From positions 868,001 through 932,000 of the forward strand of contig LSRY02000003.1 of NCBI GenBank assembly GCA_001643675.2: DNA of 64,000 nucleotides. Direction: 5' to 3'. The notes beneath the pieces are model-generated. The model was not told the DNA's origin, did not search any database, and worked only from the letters and a program-made list of their open reading frames with translations. The position numbers and the translations under genes are program-made. Source of the DNA: Monocercomonoides exilis PA203 (lineage: Eukaryota; Protista; Preaxostyla). Below are positions 24,301-34,800 of the stretch, piece after piece (positions within the stretch are counted from its first letter, which is position 1; each line of letters opens with the position of its first letter).

Positions 24301-24424
24301 TGATCTTGCCTTCCTGCATCTCCTCGTTCCATTTTTGTTGAAATTGCCTTTCTGCAATGCCTTCTCCATAATAGCAGTTAGAAACTAGCAACAAGAATGC
24401 TAAAATATTGAATGCAGCTCTCAT
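15338..24424 (-). CDS. Giant single-pass surface receptor (~3028 aa): signal peptide, GGA(I/L)/FxxN beta-helix (Pmp/pectin-lyase-like) repeats, TM helix, cytoplasmic pseudokinase
   Basis: Likely start MRAAFNILAFLLLVS at 24424. Repeated D..CG....PC modules and GGA-x/F..N motifs. TM WWIVIVIACFIFIILLTIIVVLAV. Kinase C-lobe motifs RWKAPE, SIGMMLWE..TLEIPF and P.KRP are present, but HRD and DFG are not. Confidence 0.88.
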   Translation of the reverse strand: MRAAFNILAFLLLVSNCYYGEGIAERQFQQKWNEEMQEGKISIADKNHDYNFDFNNSLEKVIKPSDNHICSIQTSLKIINTSLCVTQLNIIPLGDCPLLTVQHHSSATICSSTCQVNQAAKSPLFLSAHASLALTNFSLTTHQPAILSFPLFSTSNNLLSDTHSPIPASFSISHSSFSSFVSLVQPFLFSPSSLSNPSPSPSSFSSSSSSSSFSSPSPSLSHSISSSPSPSPLHIHHQSHPHLQIHLHLHLSNTLFSNISSPQSHPSLPSLPSHSLNSFISTTSSSSSTSTSTNANSTPSFSLHSSLSIHSTIFLHTHNPIDGAVLPSLNSPSTSLSAFNASFLSQTRSSPNAAVVYVGNETHRKSPGRLTSFDQNSHRFEWCEWNDSNGGSSAGGALCVSCTNANLTITSCSFHKCTTSDHGGALCCDYLLKVDIAKSNFTSCSAAHAGTAYLYCNQPNSVWTFSENRVESCKITDWCGTGWYFSLYSMPSDAQFLFSKCKCIANSGGNSAGSLTFSYPPSNKPSQFIVNDCQFINNKLTASVKYGGAAIYCYATYNWMNEMKFITFCFFDGNTATNGRGNDVFFNGNAITQSPFENCGSTTPTKRVYYNGTADNAVYNGWLPLIAQNKIVANSGNDVDGCGKTRLSPCATIEYALTGFISLLQDASLTLLTSTFAPTQTLTFSAVDTKITGSGTTATTIASSGIPQPSNSYSQSSQSASSLSSFSSISTFSSPDPSASSALFQQTQGSLTVSALALAHNSTNQITPILFHLSQNSPSLNLNTTTITGTTSITIKTPLFFLTAGSLALNHTAITSLTLNSQSIFHLTSLTNPLTLNSSSITHITSTATPTSCVLSSATSPALSLSLTNCTITSINSAPQNQQTATNGGCISFASSASANSFSVSDTTFSTCCVSEDTSSGGRGGALMIEFNEGSQVSESSFSITNVVFSANKASVGRDVYFVCGSLVASVKEPLFAFMGNITQKDNSAVGHDRTEAFGDWNVDLFIFFDGFFDDTIFVDGISGVEEVYCGIEKAPCLNVNYGMGHLKRTLNVKEEIIVISNTLMTGCVDVAGMCIKAKQEVVVNIECQREASGSDECILKSESLTEIQFIGIVVPSSFSRTISAVIESSTQNGELHLKNCAMNVVGGKENTIGFFLIKSTGKMVELNSVTISDVKSTVSLFSFSLSSANVNDQEYKVKLLNCAMERLEIDGGEEAAVIGGSMEVGMMINGSRFDGALSEKSEEGGALKIFLKNGGYMTIQESSFTGCVCENLSEGGKGGGIYLDCSSNEEGFQLSSISFSGCSATIGKNMFVKSGNLVNSVNTERFAFDCSGYSNDGNAFVGEDEIYGEMDLRVFLVSLKWMVVSVSTGGHDTLGCGSEIFPCESMKSGIDHIDRSGAVGERKVKVRDEGTIEDIFSFADALVIDGCVNEGDETKHKPIQFNERIKGNSSPSSSSVISSTVSLSLLSLKLQIPSQFEPNMNTLISSSGVLQLETCLFEIQSSTDMVQYSLITTTTGSCTLKGCRLADCSFVISPLVITSSVLFENNNFSNIVNAGSSGEGGVAKVTLKGNEELVIKSTNASSCSLSSRNGKGGFLYLDCENCLNENPFIFDTGVTFENNKASNGKNAFILGKDFNSSVTNESFAFDYSSMINDDNLFVGSDNNQEKDLFMFLIPFSSFEIFISSEGFDVARCGSEEEPCQTMWKGMKNMETGDDMKTIQIEGSTAIRNSYNMSNYQIKKASSMGEEATKAKLNFEKAIGSQLEYFMGNNIHLELTNIQLQLTSGFNNSAKTIISNKNGDLVISGCSFYSEAGVNNGFDCVFVDAIGGSVEVNDLSIESCNVGNSIFGIHDAGVSVHLMDVRVKLLNERGGCLLLIKGPESTTKINEGGEEMNLNIDNSSFSGVKRSDNGASVLESKSEKKIDLVVKESNITEDKAEKSEKGGAIYFTLGSSGSMKMIDSTISHCSCSLSSGRGGGVYLTTKERGELNFTFVGMKFNENTAKVGNDVFIECFNITSQINETQFQFDLREGHYSRINAIYGIDSCEHKEDTDLIDFVTIHQSDTIIVSSLNGLNGRRCGTNMLPCYSINHGLIHMTSDFISQMFIVEESVIEEEINLKEMSLSSKSREMCEVEVKSGIKRTRKALVITTGTVSLLRVSFVFDSNFITQHESLISPEGGILEMMNCSFITKQLMEGINSEFANIQFHIINMEKGELQLVECTISNLILQESAFHLSSQLPSVIDSLTICHSTIETSLIDINECGQLKIDRLLAENITAEGNEESLISCLSMKKTIQLTNCTMGETTTKTTKGELIKLEDCLDVKMDSCIFDGNSKERNEKNSNTEEEMCRWDGSLVDVVKSSVIVKDSTISNSPEGGITMSGGSVIIEKGEFLNNYPTIEGYPSLRRNIICSDSGTLNVMSLKGGDGWERNTSLWMLNDGCSFEGIVSERDSSFFIPVLESVEAKEETDRMKLTFKGLLLIPCNLSFSVVKRKGEEKEIEHFDFDSNRFLSEREIEGSMGKDLIRSCNDEIEVSVHILFGNAESPSSTNSFILKNASMTPPKDDERIVEGGNEKKSWWIVIVIACFIFIILLTIIVVLAVRWRKVKNEAEDMREIVNDNIRKDPKAFEMVTIEMSPEEQWRRAEREAEKKNDERIKKRVYEKNLGHSESSEHLLAESGSTEYILGRDSDKIPEWMLEKDEEEEIRNRTPSPSISSTSTTDSDSTFVRTESLCPTTSSMSNLVDAMACSSPYEKLIVDLRDSLFMLLHGRNEKKDLAIGTLKERELTGAQMLFWVANGALHSLEDEEDELPSLRELSPHIVLFSEHMVICIALQSDCSSSSNDSDSSSISSTTIVTSASEEDDDDDERDSLPSSAFEDDEDKWKECLRWKAPELVMNRKMGATEKSVAFSIGMMLWECVTLEIPFGEYEGEVAGQKIADGEKPDERGIEESGLKNMVNACLSAEPSKRPTLTEVKKELVGLFPSGTFVVTMTDAIILEESSEEQDEGRESKECEKEGEMEVNEMKGMFGEG

Positions 24425-25080
24425 GTTGGGGAAGTGGATCGCAATTATTGAAGATGTGGAAAAATGGTGAAATAAAAAATTCCTGCGCCCCATATTATTT
24501 TGATCTTTCAAAAAAAAATGTTTTGATTCAAAAAAAAACATCAATTTTGTTCGGCGAATGAGAAGGATAATGTGAATTATGAAAAAAAAGTCATATCGAT
24601 TGTGTATTAATACAGAAAAACTTATTGTAACATCAACCGAAGCCAAATTATTCCTTTTATTATAAAATTATTTCTCAAACAAATCAAATAACTCATTTAT
24701 TTTGAATGAATGATAATCGTTAAATTATAAACTGTTGATAAATCATTTCTGCGTTGCTTTTTATTTTGAACAGTTCTAAATTATAATTTAGAAAAAATAA
24801 TTTTTGTATTGAGATATTAAATATTTGTATTGAAAAAAAATTAAAATCATATGAATTATCATTGTGAAACCATAAAAGCTGTAATATTTTTTGGAATTTT
24901 CACTTTACAAAAATTTCTTATTTAAGAGTTCTTTGAAAAATCGAAAAGTCACGCTTTTATTGTTTATAAAATAAATACACATCGTATAATTGGTTTCATT
25001 TCACTTTTAACATTTTAACTTGAATCAGATTTGTAAATACTAATTTGAACAATTTCTTCCTTTCTTCTTTCCTCATCTTC

Positions 25081-28000
25081 CTAAATCCTTCGCTGAAGTT
25101 CTTTTAATTGGTTCACAAGTGCAATGAACGTTTTCATTTCCATTATCAACGCCTCATCGTTCATCCCATGGGCAATCATCAGCTTTTGAAATCCATAAGC
25201 AGCAGCCTTCATTCCATTAAATACATCGATCGAATATTCACTAGAGGAGCAGACTCGACATGATTGTAAAGAAATATCCAAACACTCTCCAAATTCTTCA
25301 TATGCTCCCTCTTTCTCAGATTTCGTTTCCTTTTTTATTTCAGAAACAATCAAACAATCTTTGTTTTTATCACTTTCATTTTCCGAATTTTTCTCCAATG
25401 CTTCAGTTTTTATAACTTCATCATCATACAGCCCCTTTTTCATTCTCTTCAACCTCAATCGGCATATTTCCTTCTTAACTGCAATCATCCCCAGAAACAC
25501 AAACGAAAACGCCAACGAAGAATTCGGAGGAGAAAAGGGTGTGCTGATTGACGTAAACACTCGATAATATGAGAAGATTTTCGAATAAGTCTCGTAAAGA
25601 TGCTGAATGCGGGTGTAGAGAGACAGAGGAGATGTGCTAAGCAACGAAGATTTCTGAAGCAGAACCCCAAACAGTTCACTGGATTTTTCGCTCGAAGAAG
25701 AAGAAGAAGACGAAGAAGACAATGAAGATGTTGTTGAACTGCTTTCACTTGCTTCGCTTTCTTCGGCCTTTTCATTGTTTTCTTCTTTTGCTCCTTCTTC
25801 TCTCTCCTTTCTCTTTTCAAAATGTTTCATTTCTTTCCTTTTCCTCCTCTTCTCCTTCGCCATTTCTTTCTTCCTCCTCTTTTCCTCTTTCTCCTCTTCC
25901 TCTTCAATGTTCATCTTAGTTAATCTCGCCATCACCCCCATCCCTTTGATTCTGACCTCGTTCTCCTTCCCAAGCCACCCATCCAACGAACCCAGCAGCT
26001 TTTCGCATTCTTTTATTGAGTCGGCAAGAGAAGTCGTCTCAAACTGGTCTGCCAGCGCATCGCACAAGTCGAGCTCATGTGCTGTGTGATAAAGCGACAG
26101 TAAGAAAGAAAGCAAGAAGGGGCCTGCAAGATATATATGACCTTGCTCATGAAGTATTGACGAAAGAAGAGAAGAAGAAGAGTAAGAGGAAATGGCAGAT
26201 GGTTCTGAGGTGACATCTCCAGCTCTCTCTTCTTCGTTCTTTTCGTCTCCGGATGCTTCATGCTCCTCTTTAGTTGCTTCAGATTTTTCTTTTCTTTGCT
26301 TATTTCTTCTTGAGTCTCTCCTATGCACCGAAGACGCTAAGTTAATTGCTTTCTGAGTGAACGGCTCGATCAACGAAAGCAAAAAATTGACGCGAGTCAC
26401 AAAAATCTCAGAAGGGGAATGCAAATGTGCACATTCCAAATGAGATGGGTCAGAAAAAGCTGAGTCTCTTTGGCTGTGCTGACTGTTCTTGAATCCTTTG
26501 CAATCATGTTCTGAGCGACTTGAGCTGTAATTATGCTGCTTGTGACTTCTCTCAAATTTTCTGTTTTCTTTTCGTTTTCTGTTCTCGACAAACAAGCTGT
26601 GTCCTTTGCCTTCGTGGCAAGGGTGGTCAATGGTCTCCGGATAGTGTGTCAATGCACGCATCACCTTCATCATCGCCCTTTTCCTCTCTTCAATCTTTAA
26701 TTCTGAGTGGCTTGAGCCGCTGGAAGAGCCATGAAAGTTGCGGTGGTTCTGATTGCGGTTCGAATATCTATCTTTTGATCCATTTTGCTTTTGACTGTAT
26801 GAATGAGAAGAAGATGATGATTGCAACGAGGAAGAGTCATGAGAAATTGTACTGTTCCTTGTTTCCAGTCCATCGTCTCCATTGAAGAAGAAGTCTTCAC
26901 TCCCCAAAGAAGAGGCAGCATTTTCAGCCACATTGCTCCATTTTTCCAGGTGTTGTAGCGGATGCAGCTGAGAAAGCTTTGAATAAACATTTGGATTCGA
27001 ACAAACGAAGGCAAAATGGCGTGTTTGCGAATGGCGATGAGGCAGAAATGGAAGATTTAAACAAGAATGAAATGAATTCATTGATGCTGTTTCATTTTCT
27101 TCGCTTTCGCTTTCATTCTCTTCGTAACCTTTGTTTTCTTTGTGATGACGATTCTTCTTTTCGGTTTTTCTTTTTTTATTTTCTTTTTTGTGAATTTCTT
27201 TTTCTTCTTCCTCTTCTTCATCTTCTTCATCTTCTTCATCTTCGTTCTCTTCATTTTCATTATCATCATCATCATCAACATTTCCTTTTTCTTTTTTGGG
27301 TTTATTCTCTTTTCCTGAGTTTTTGCCCATCCCAACAGTTTTCTCCCTCCTTTCGCAATTCCCACATTCAAGCATTTCTTCATTCGCTTCCTCATTCTCG
27401 TCATACGAGCACAAAACAAGAGGAAATCCACATGTCGGACATAGAAGCTGTGTCAGCCGCCTTTCAACTGACAGCTTCGGAAGATATTCTGGTGCTTGCT
27501 GCTGAGAAGATATGGCTATATTTGAGTCTGAAGAAGAAGAAGAAGAAGACTGAAATGAAGTCTTCTTTTCGCTGGACAACAGAACCGTCTGTGCGAATGT
27601 GACTGAAGGCTGGTGATCATCTTTCAAATCCTTTTCGGCTTGATCACTTTCTTTATCACTTTCGCCTTCGTCTTCTTCGCCTTCTTCTCCTTCCTCTTCT
27701 TCACCTTCCTCCTCATTTTCTTCTTCCTTCTCTTCGTCTTCATTTTCTTCCTCTTTATCTTCCTCGTCTTCTTCATTTTTATCCTCTTTGTATTTCTCCT
27801 TGCTCTTCTCCTCATCCGGAACAACTGTGTTTTTGATGCCCCACAACTTCCACCGCATAAACGCTTCATCTTGCCACCATCTCAACTCCTTCTCTTTCAA
27901 ATACTTGCGCTTCTTTTCTTTCTCTTCCTTTTCGTGCTCGACTTCATTTTCACAACTCTTCCCATCTTCTATTGCTTTTATTCCATCTCTCTTTTTCTCT

Positions 28001-29424
28001 TCTCTCTTTTTTTCCTTTTCTTCCTCCTCCTCCTCCTCCTCTTTTTCTTCTTCTTCCTTTCTCCATCCATTCCATCTCCTCTCCCACCACACACATCGCT
28101 CGCAGCTGCAAAGAAACCGATAATTTTGAAGAAGAACAGATCGTCTTTGTGTCTGTGACTGCTGCAGAGGCAAGTAATTTATGCAAATCTCTTCGTTCTT
28201 GTGGATAACTGATCTAATACACACAATGTGCACAGAAGGCGGCTTGTGAGATAAAACGCTCGTTTTGAAAGATGATCCAACGGAATTGCTTTTGCCTGAT
28301 TTGCTAATTTCACATCCTTTTGGTACAAATAACTTGATTTCGTCATCCGTAACCTCAACAGAAGCACAGTCCGTTTTCAGCTTTTTATTTCTTCTTTCAG
28401 CAAGCTTCGTCTCTCCATCTTCTTCAACTTCTCCTAAGTTGCACTGCATGTTTTCTTCCGTTCCTTCGACTGCTTTCCAACCAGCACTTCCGTGCATAAA
28501 TGCTGCCGCTGGAGCACAACTAGATGAATTGTTATCAAACCAATTTTTTAAAAAAAAAGATTTCAATGAATTTGTGATAGCATTAATATTTCATTTTTGA
28601 ATTTTAAGATGGATGATCAACATGTTTCAAATAATTAGAATTTAGAAAATTGAAAACAAAATGTCAAAATTGAAAAATTGAAATTATTCAAACCTGTGAT
28701 TAAGAAGGGAAGCTGATGGATTCACTGAAAATCCTTTATCAGGCCGAATGGTAAATGCATTTCGCTCGATGATGCACAGCAAGATCAAAATCAAATGCAC
28801 CAAATCACAAGTTGCAAGAAGTGATCCAGCTGTTGAGTTAGGATAATGTTGAGGAAGCAATGGAGGTGCAGCAAACAACGTTAAATACCTTGAAACATTA
28901 TCTTCAATAACACGAGCAATGAATCGCTTGTGAGTCGTGTCATTGTGGGTAAATTCATCGTATCCAGCCATTAAAAGGACATCAATAAAATGTGGTTCTT
29001 TTTGATAAACTTCTGGAGTGTAGGTTAGAACTTCGCTTCCAATATCTGGGACAGTTGGCTCATGCGCAACTTTTGATTTTTGTTCTTGATCAAGCAGCGT
29101 TAGAAGTCGGATGATCATTCTGGTATCAGCATCTGATTTAAGTCCCGTCCACTCCAAAAGAGTTGGACATTCAACTGAAGAATGCAATGTATCTGCTTTT
29201 TGGCATTCTTCTGAACAGTATCTCGCGAATTCGCATTTTTTGCAGATATATGGGGAAATTCCCTTTAGAGATTTAAAACATGTGTGACAATATTCTTTTG
29301 CATGGTGACCATAAACTACTGCGCTTATTGCTTTGCTTTCAATTATGTGCTCACCACTATGTATATCTCGTGTTGCAATAGCGAACCGTCCGAATGAAGG
29401 AGCAGAAATAATTTGTAAAGACAT
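25081..29424 (-). CDS. SMYD-family SET and MYND domain lysine methyltransferase (~1389 aa)
   Basis: GRFAIATRDI.SGE (N-SET) and MYND CHTC..CKKC..YCSEECQ..H..EC. Intron 28520-28693 rebuilds LLNHSCAP. EEICINYL and post-SET FLCSCERC follow, then a CPTC..CGNC zinc knuckle and long acidic inserts. Confidence 0.9.
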
Positions 29425-29786
29425 TTTTTTAATGGTTTCACGATTATAACGAATTATTTTTGTGTTTGCAATCTTCAACTTGTTAAAATAAAGATTATCG
29501 TTTGATTCAAGAAAATTTATTCTTTAATTTTTACCAAATAATATTCACAAATATTTCATATCGCAAATTGTTTTCTTTAAAAATAGTCCGTATTTTCGAA
29601 AATTTTAATGAGTGAATGTTTGTTTCAACCTCAAAGCGTTAAAATTTTCTTTTATTGTCGTTTCACTCTTTTTTGAAATAAAATAAAAACTTTCAAAAAA
29701 ATTGAAAAATAAATTATCATCTTTCCATTAATTATTTTATGTTCAATATTTCTATTTTTTATTTTCTGTTATAAATTGTTGTGTAT
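29425..29786. promoter_or_regulatory. Divergent intergenic region (probable bidirectional promoter)
   Basis: 362-bp AT-rich gap between the head-to-head ATGs at 29424 (-) and 29787 (+). No specific motif identified. Confidence 0.4.
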
Positions 29787-31818
29787 ATGTATTTATGCCT
29801 TCAAATAATAGGCTATTGTTTATTTATTTTAAGCTGCAATAGTAGTAGTTGCAGTTATTTACAAATTCACAGACATCAATCACCATTAATTTATCATGAT
29901 TCATTCACCATTTCACTACCAAAATGCTTTATCAATTCGAGTAAATTCAATTCATTTCATCTCCATAATGAATCGTGTATATTTATGAATAACGTCGAGA
30001 TTAAAAATTCTTCTATTCATTTAAATAATACCTGTTTGTTTTCAACGGAAACATATCCGAAAATTTCATTTGGAAGCTGTTCATTCGCTATCATTACGCA
30101 CTGTCATGTTTCAATGCTTGCGCAATTAACATTTCCTCAAAATTTTGATGGAAACGTCTTGTTGGCGAACTTGTCATTGAACTTAAGCAAAAAGAATTAC
30201 AGTCCTGTTTTTTCCAAGATTCCATTTTCATATTCTCCGAATAATTTGTCTAAAGGATCATTAGAAATTTCCTTTTCTAATTTTGAATCGTTTTCATTTA
30301 ACAATAATTTTTTATCTGTTTCACAGAAATTTTCATCAATATTCATTCATCACTGTTCAATAGACAATGTCACTTTCACTCATTCACCAAGCGAACCGAT
30401 ATGTATGATATCACATGAAATTATATGCGAATCATGCAAATTCAATTCAGTCAGAAGTGACGTTGATGGAGGAATTATGCAACGAGCTAACTTATTCTAT
30501 TCTTTTCTTTCGATTAAGAACACATCTTTTATCAGAAGCGCATGGGAAAAACCGACAACCGAAAAATCTACACAACCTCTACAGTTTCAGTGGGATGCAT
30601 CCGGAATGCTCTGCCAAAATGTGTTTTCTGACTGCGAGTGGCTGAAAGCAAGCTCACATGACTATGCCACCGTCTCCTGTTTGAATGAGCATCAGTCGTT
30701 GCAAGTTGCACGGTGTGTGTTTGTCCACTGTAGCGGGTGCACAGGCGGCGCTGTTCTTTCTTCTCATTCATGCAAAGTGAGCATCCAAAGAAGCAACTTC
30801 ACAAACTGCTCGACTTACTCAGGATGCGGTGGGGCGCTTCAGATTTTCTGTTCAAAAAGTCAAGGAGCCGCTGTCGAATACTGTAAATTCACTGAAAATG
30901 TAGCTTCTTCTTCTTCTTCCTCTTCTGCTCCTTCTTCGCTATCTTCATTTTCGCCATCGTCGTCATCTTCTTCAAGTTCATCCTCTTTCTATCATTCTGG
31001 TTCTCATTGTTCACTTTCTTCATCTCTTTCTTCATCTGATGCAGGCGCTGTTTATTTAAGTTTTTGTCCTCCTCCTTCTTCTTCTTCCCTTTCCCCTTCT
31101 CTATCTTCTTCTCCTTTTCACTCATATTCCACCCAAATCATCAGCTCCTGCAGTTTCAGCAACAACACAGCTTCAAACTCAGCCGGTGCTTTGCTTGTGA
31201 ATTGTCACCCTTCGACTTCGGATTCCTTCGATTCTTGTTTTTCTCTTAGAAACACCATCTTTTATGGCAATACGGCTAATGGAACAAAGCAAGGTGAAGG
31301 CGGAGGAGGGGTCTATTGCAGCATAGTAAAGCAGATAAGAAGACAAATGCCGATGTTTTTCTTCTGCTCATTTGAGAAGAACAAAGCGATATCTGGTTGT
31401 GGAGACGATGTGCTAATTGAAGGCGCATGTGAAAGGGAAGAATGGTGCAGATTGTTTGTGCCTAACGAAAAAGGAAGAATAAGATTGCATCAGAACAAGA
31501 ATGAGACTAAAAGGAAGTGCGAAGAAGTTGTTTTTGTTGCAGATAAAGACAAAAGCGAAAGAGTTGTAGAAGAAGTTGAAGAAGCAGATGAAAATCATTC
31601 AAAGTTATCATCGCCATCAACATCTACTTCTTCACATAATCGACCAAACAAAATCCACGATTTTGATACCTCTAAGAGAAGAAAAACCAACTCTGGGCCT
31701 TTTCCTGAGATCATCACGCTTCTTGTGCCAAACGAAGAGCTTCGAGCGAACCCTGATTCAGCTACTAATATCTGCAGCGCTCCTTCCTCACTCTCATTTT
31801 TGAATAAACCTTCTTCTT

Positions 31819-31850
<32 letters not shown>

Positions 31851-34800
31851 CCCTCCCCTATCTCCATCCCAGCCTCCCCCACCATCTTCATCCACTCACT
31901 TGTTGTGTGTGTTGATGGTGCCAATCCGCAGCTCACTTCTCTCTCAACACACAAGGCACAAAGCGAAGAATCCTTCATTGTTGACTCAGGCGCTTTGCTT
32001 CTCGTCTCTCTTCGGGTGTTTCTGTCTTCGCAGCATCCGCTCGCACCTCCGTTTGTTGCACTGGCGGAAGGAATGTCGTGTTCTTATCCTGTTCAGTTGT
32101 CTAAAAGAGATAAAACGGCTAATAAAGAAGGAAGAATTGAATATCATAAGTCATCTTTTAATAAATCAGCTTCTAGTTCATCCTCATCCTCATCCTCATT
32201 TTCTTCTTCTACTTCTTCTCCTTCTTCTTCCTCTTCCTCTTCCTCTGAGTTCCACCCTCACCTCGCCTCCTTCGAGTCTGTCTCTCTTGCATTTCCGCTG
32301 GACTGCTACTACAATTCTTCCCTGGTCACTCCTCTGTCCTTTGCCGGCCTCACCTCCAGCACAAAATACAAATCTCCACTCGAAATGATCGAAGCTCACT
32401 CGCATCCCATTCTCATCTGCGATGGCCTGGAAATAGCAACAGAAGAAGTCGCCTTGTCTGCTTTTGCTGTAGTTTCGTGTGGGTCGATTGTGATGGACAA
32501 TTGTTTGGTGAATGTTTCTCTACAAAATACGGCGTTTATATGCTGCTATCAGGGGTATCAGGGTGTTCCAAGTTCAAATGAATGTATCACGAAAGGAGTG
32601 AAAAATCAGAAAAATTCCAATGTTCAATCTGTTTCTACCTCTGTTGTGTATTCTGTTGAGATTGAAGGATGCAAATTTGAGCAGATTAGCTGCTCAGATG
32701 AACACGAAGATTCCACTTTGATTACAATTAGAGCACATACATACTATCCAATCGCAAATGACTGCCCTCCTTCTACTGTTAGCAATTCAGTCTTGTCAAC
32801 TGAAAGAAAAGGGCATATCGATGATGAAAGCTTCGTTTTGAATACAGCTCATCTTTCAAACTCTTCTTCTTCTGTTGTCAACGCTTCTTCAACTGCATCA
32901 TCATCTCCTTCTTCTTCTTCTTCTTCATCTTCTTCCAATCATTCTCTACCTTCAACCTCTTTTTCCTTCACTTCTTCCTCCCGTCCCATTCTCTCCTGTT
33001 CCGTAGACTATCCCCCCTCTTTCTGCTACTCATTCCTTCCTTCCCATCTCTCTTTCTTCGCCTCCAACTCCACATTCGCTCAACTCCGCAGCCACTATGC
33101 CTTTCTCGGCGGGGTCTGTGCTTTGTGGCTGGATGCCGGTGATATTCTCAGTGTAAACAACTGTTCTTTCTCTGAATGCCAATGCTCGATGGTTGGTGGG
33201 CCGTATCAGGACATGTGGGGATACGGTGGTGTGATGTTTCTGGGGTGTATCGAAGAAGATGGAGGAGGAAGTGTGATTGAGCGAAATTCGAATTCAGATA
33301 AAAAAGCAAAATTTTACAATGAGAAGGATTATGAACATGAATTGATTCAAGGAAAGGAACGCTCAAATGGAGAAGAAAAAAACAAAAAATCGTCTTCTTC
33401 TTCTTCTTCTTCTTTGAATTCTGTTGCGTATTTTATACCAAACATCCAATTTCGAAGTGTCATCTTCTCAGGCAACATGGCTACTATCGGTAATGACATC
33501 TTCATATTCTGCGAATCCGTTTCACAGCAGCTCAATTCCAATCAATTTGAACTGATTATGAACCCATCAGTTTTTGACTTCCAATCTTCAATGGCGGCTT
33601 TTGAGAGGAATGGAGTGTTTGGTGGTGATGGTGCGCCTGATGGAAGCGGAGAAGACGAGAGAGAGGCAGTTGATTTGGTGCAGCTGATTCTGTTTTTTGA
33701 ATGGCCAGTGGTTTACGTGGACAGCAATGGAGGTGTTGATGGAGGGATTTGTGGTCTTTTGGAGAGTCCGTGCAGAACGCTGAATGAAGCGCTGACGCAT
33801 CTGACGTGTGAAGAGGAGTATTGTAAGGAGATAGAGAGAACCGAAGAGAGCAGGGGAAATGGAGGAAGCAGCAAAGAGAAAGGGAAAGAAAAAGGGAATA
33901 AGAAGATTGGAAGGGAAAAGAAGGAGGACTGGAATAAATGTGTGAGAGGTGAATGTGATGGAGCAAGAAGAAAAGAAATGGAAAATACTGTTGCCGAATT
34001 TTCGTCCTGTATGATGACGTTGTATATATCTGATTATTGTTCTGTTGAGCATCCATTTGAAATGAAAGGGATAACAATTACGTCAAATCCGACTATTCCT
34101 CCATCTTCATCGTCATCGTCATCTTCATCTTCTTCAGCAAGTGCTTATGCAAAGAATAAAAATGTTCGAAAAAGCAATCAAAATAAAGAAATTGAGCAAT
34201 CAAATTCGGTTTCTTCTTCAAAAATCCTCATTCAGCCAGTCACGATCGAGCCACAAGCACAAAGGGAGATGATTATTTCAGCCTCAGGGCAATGCTTGAT
34301 TTCTAACATTGACATCAAAATCAACTTTTCTTCTGTGTCTTCGTTTGAGAACTTGATCTGTTACAATTCAGATGGACTGTTTCAAATGTCAGATGTGTCA
34401 ATCACTGAAGCAGAAGCGAATAATCAGCAACGAACAGTTTCTGCTCCGCTTATGCACATTTCTTCTAAACGTGCTGATTCTTTTCCATCTTCCTCTTCTC
34501 CATCTTCTTTATCTTCTTTTTCTGTGACTTCGTCATCTTTCTCTTCCTCCCTTCAATCTCAAAACTATGCCCGATCAGTCTTCTACACAGGATTTCTGCT
34601 CAAAATCACATCCGGAAGTGCTTCCTTTGAGCGAGTGGTCTTTTCGAACATAAAATGTGTCCATGTTCTGATTGCATCGTCTTCTGCTTCTCTTTCATTT
34701 GCTGGCTGCACTCTCAATCTCAGCTGTTTGTACGAAGGATTAACTGAAAATACACAATTATTGAATTCTTATGAAAAGGTTTATTCTTCTTCTTCTTCCC

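Noticed and set aside
24425-24646. 74-aa N-terminal extension of the 3102-aa ORF
   Set aside because: Begins at a non-ATG codon in AT-rich UTR-like sequence; the signal peptide starts at ATG 24424.
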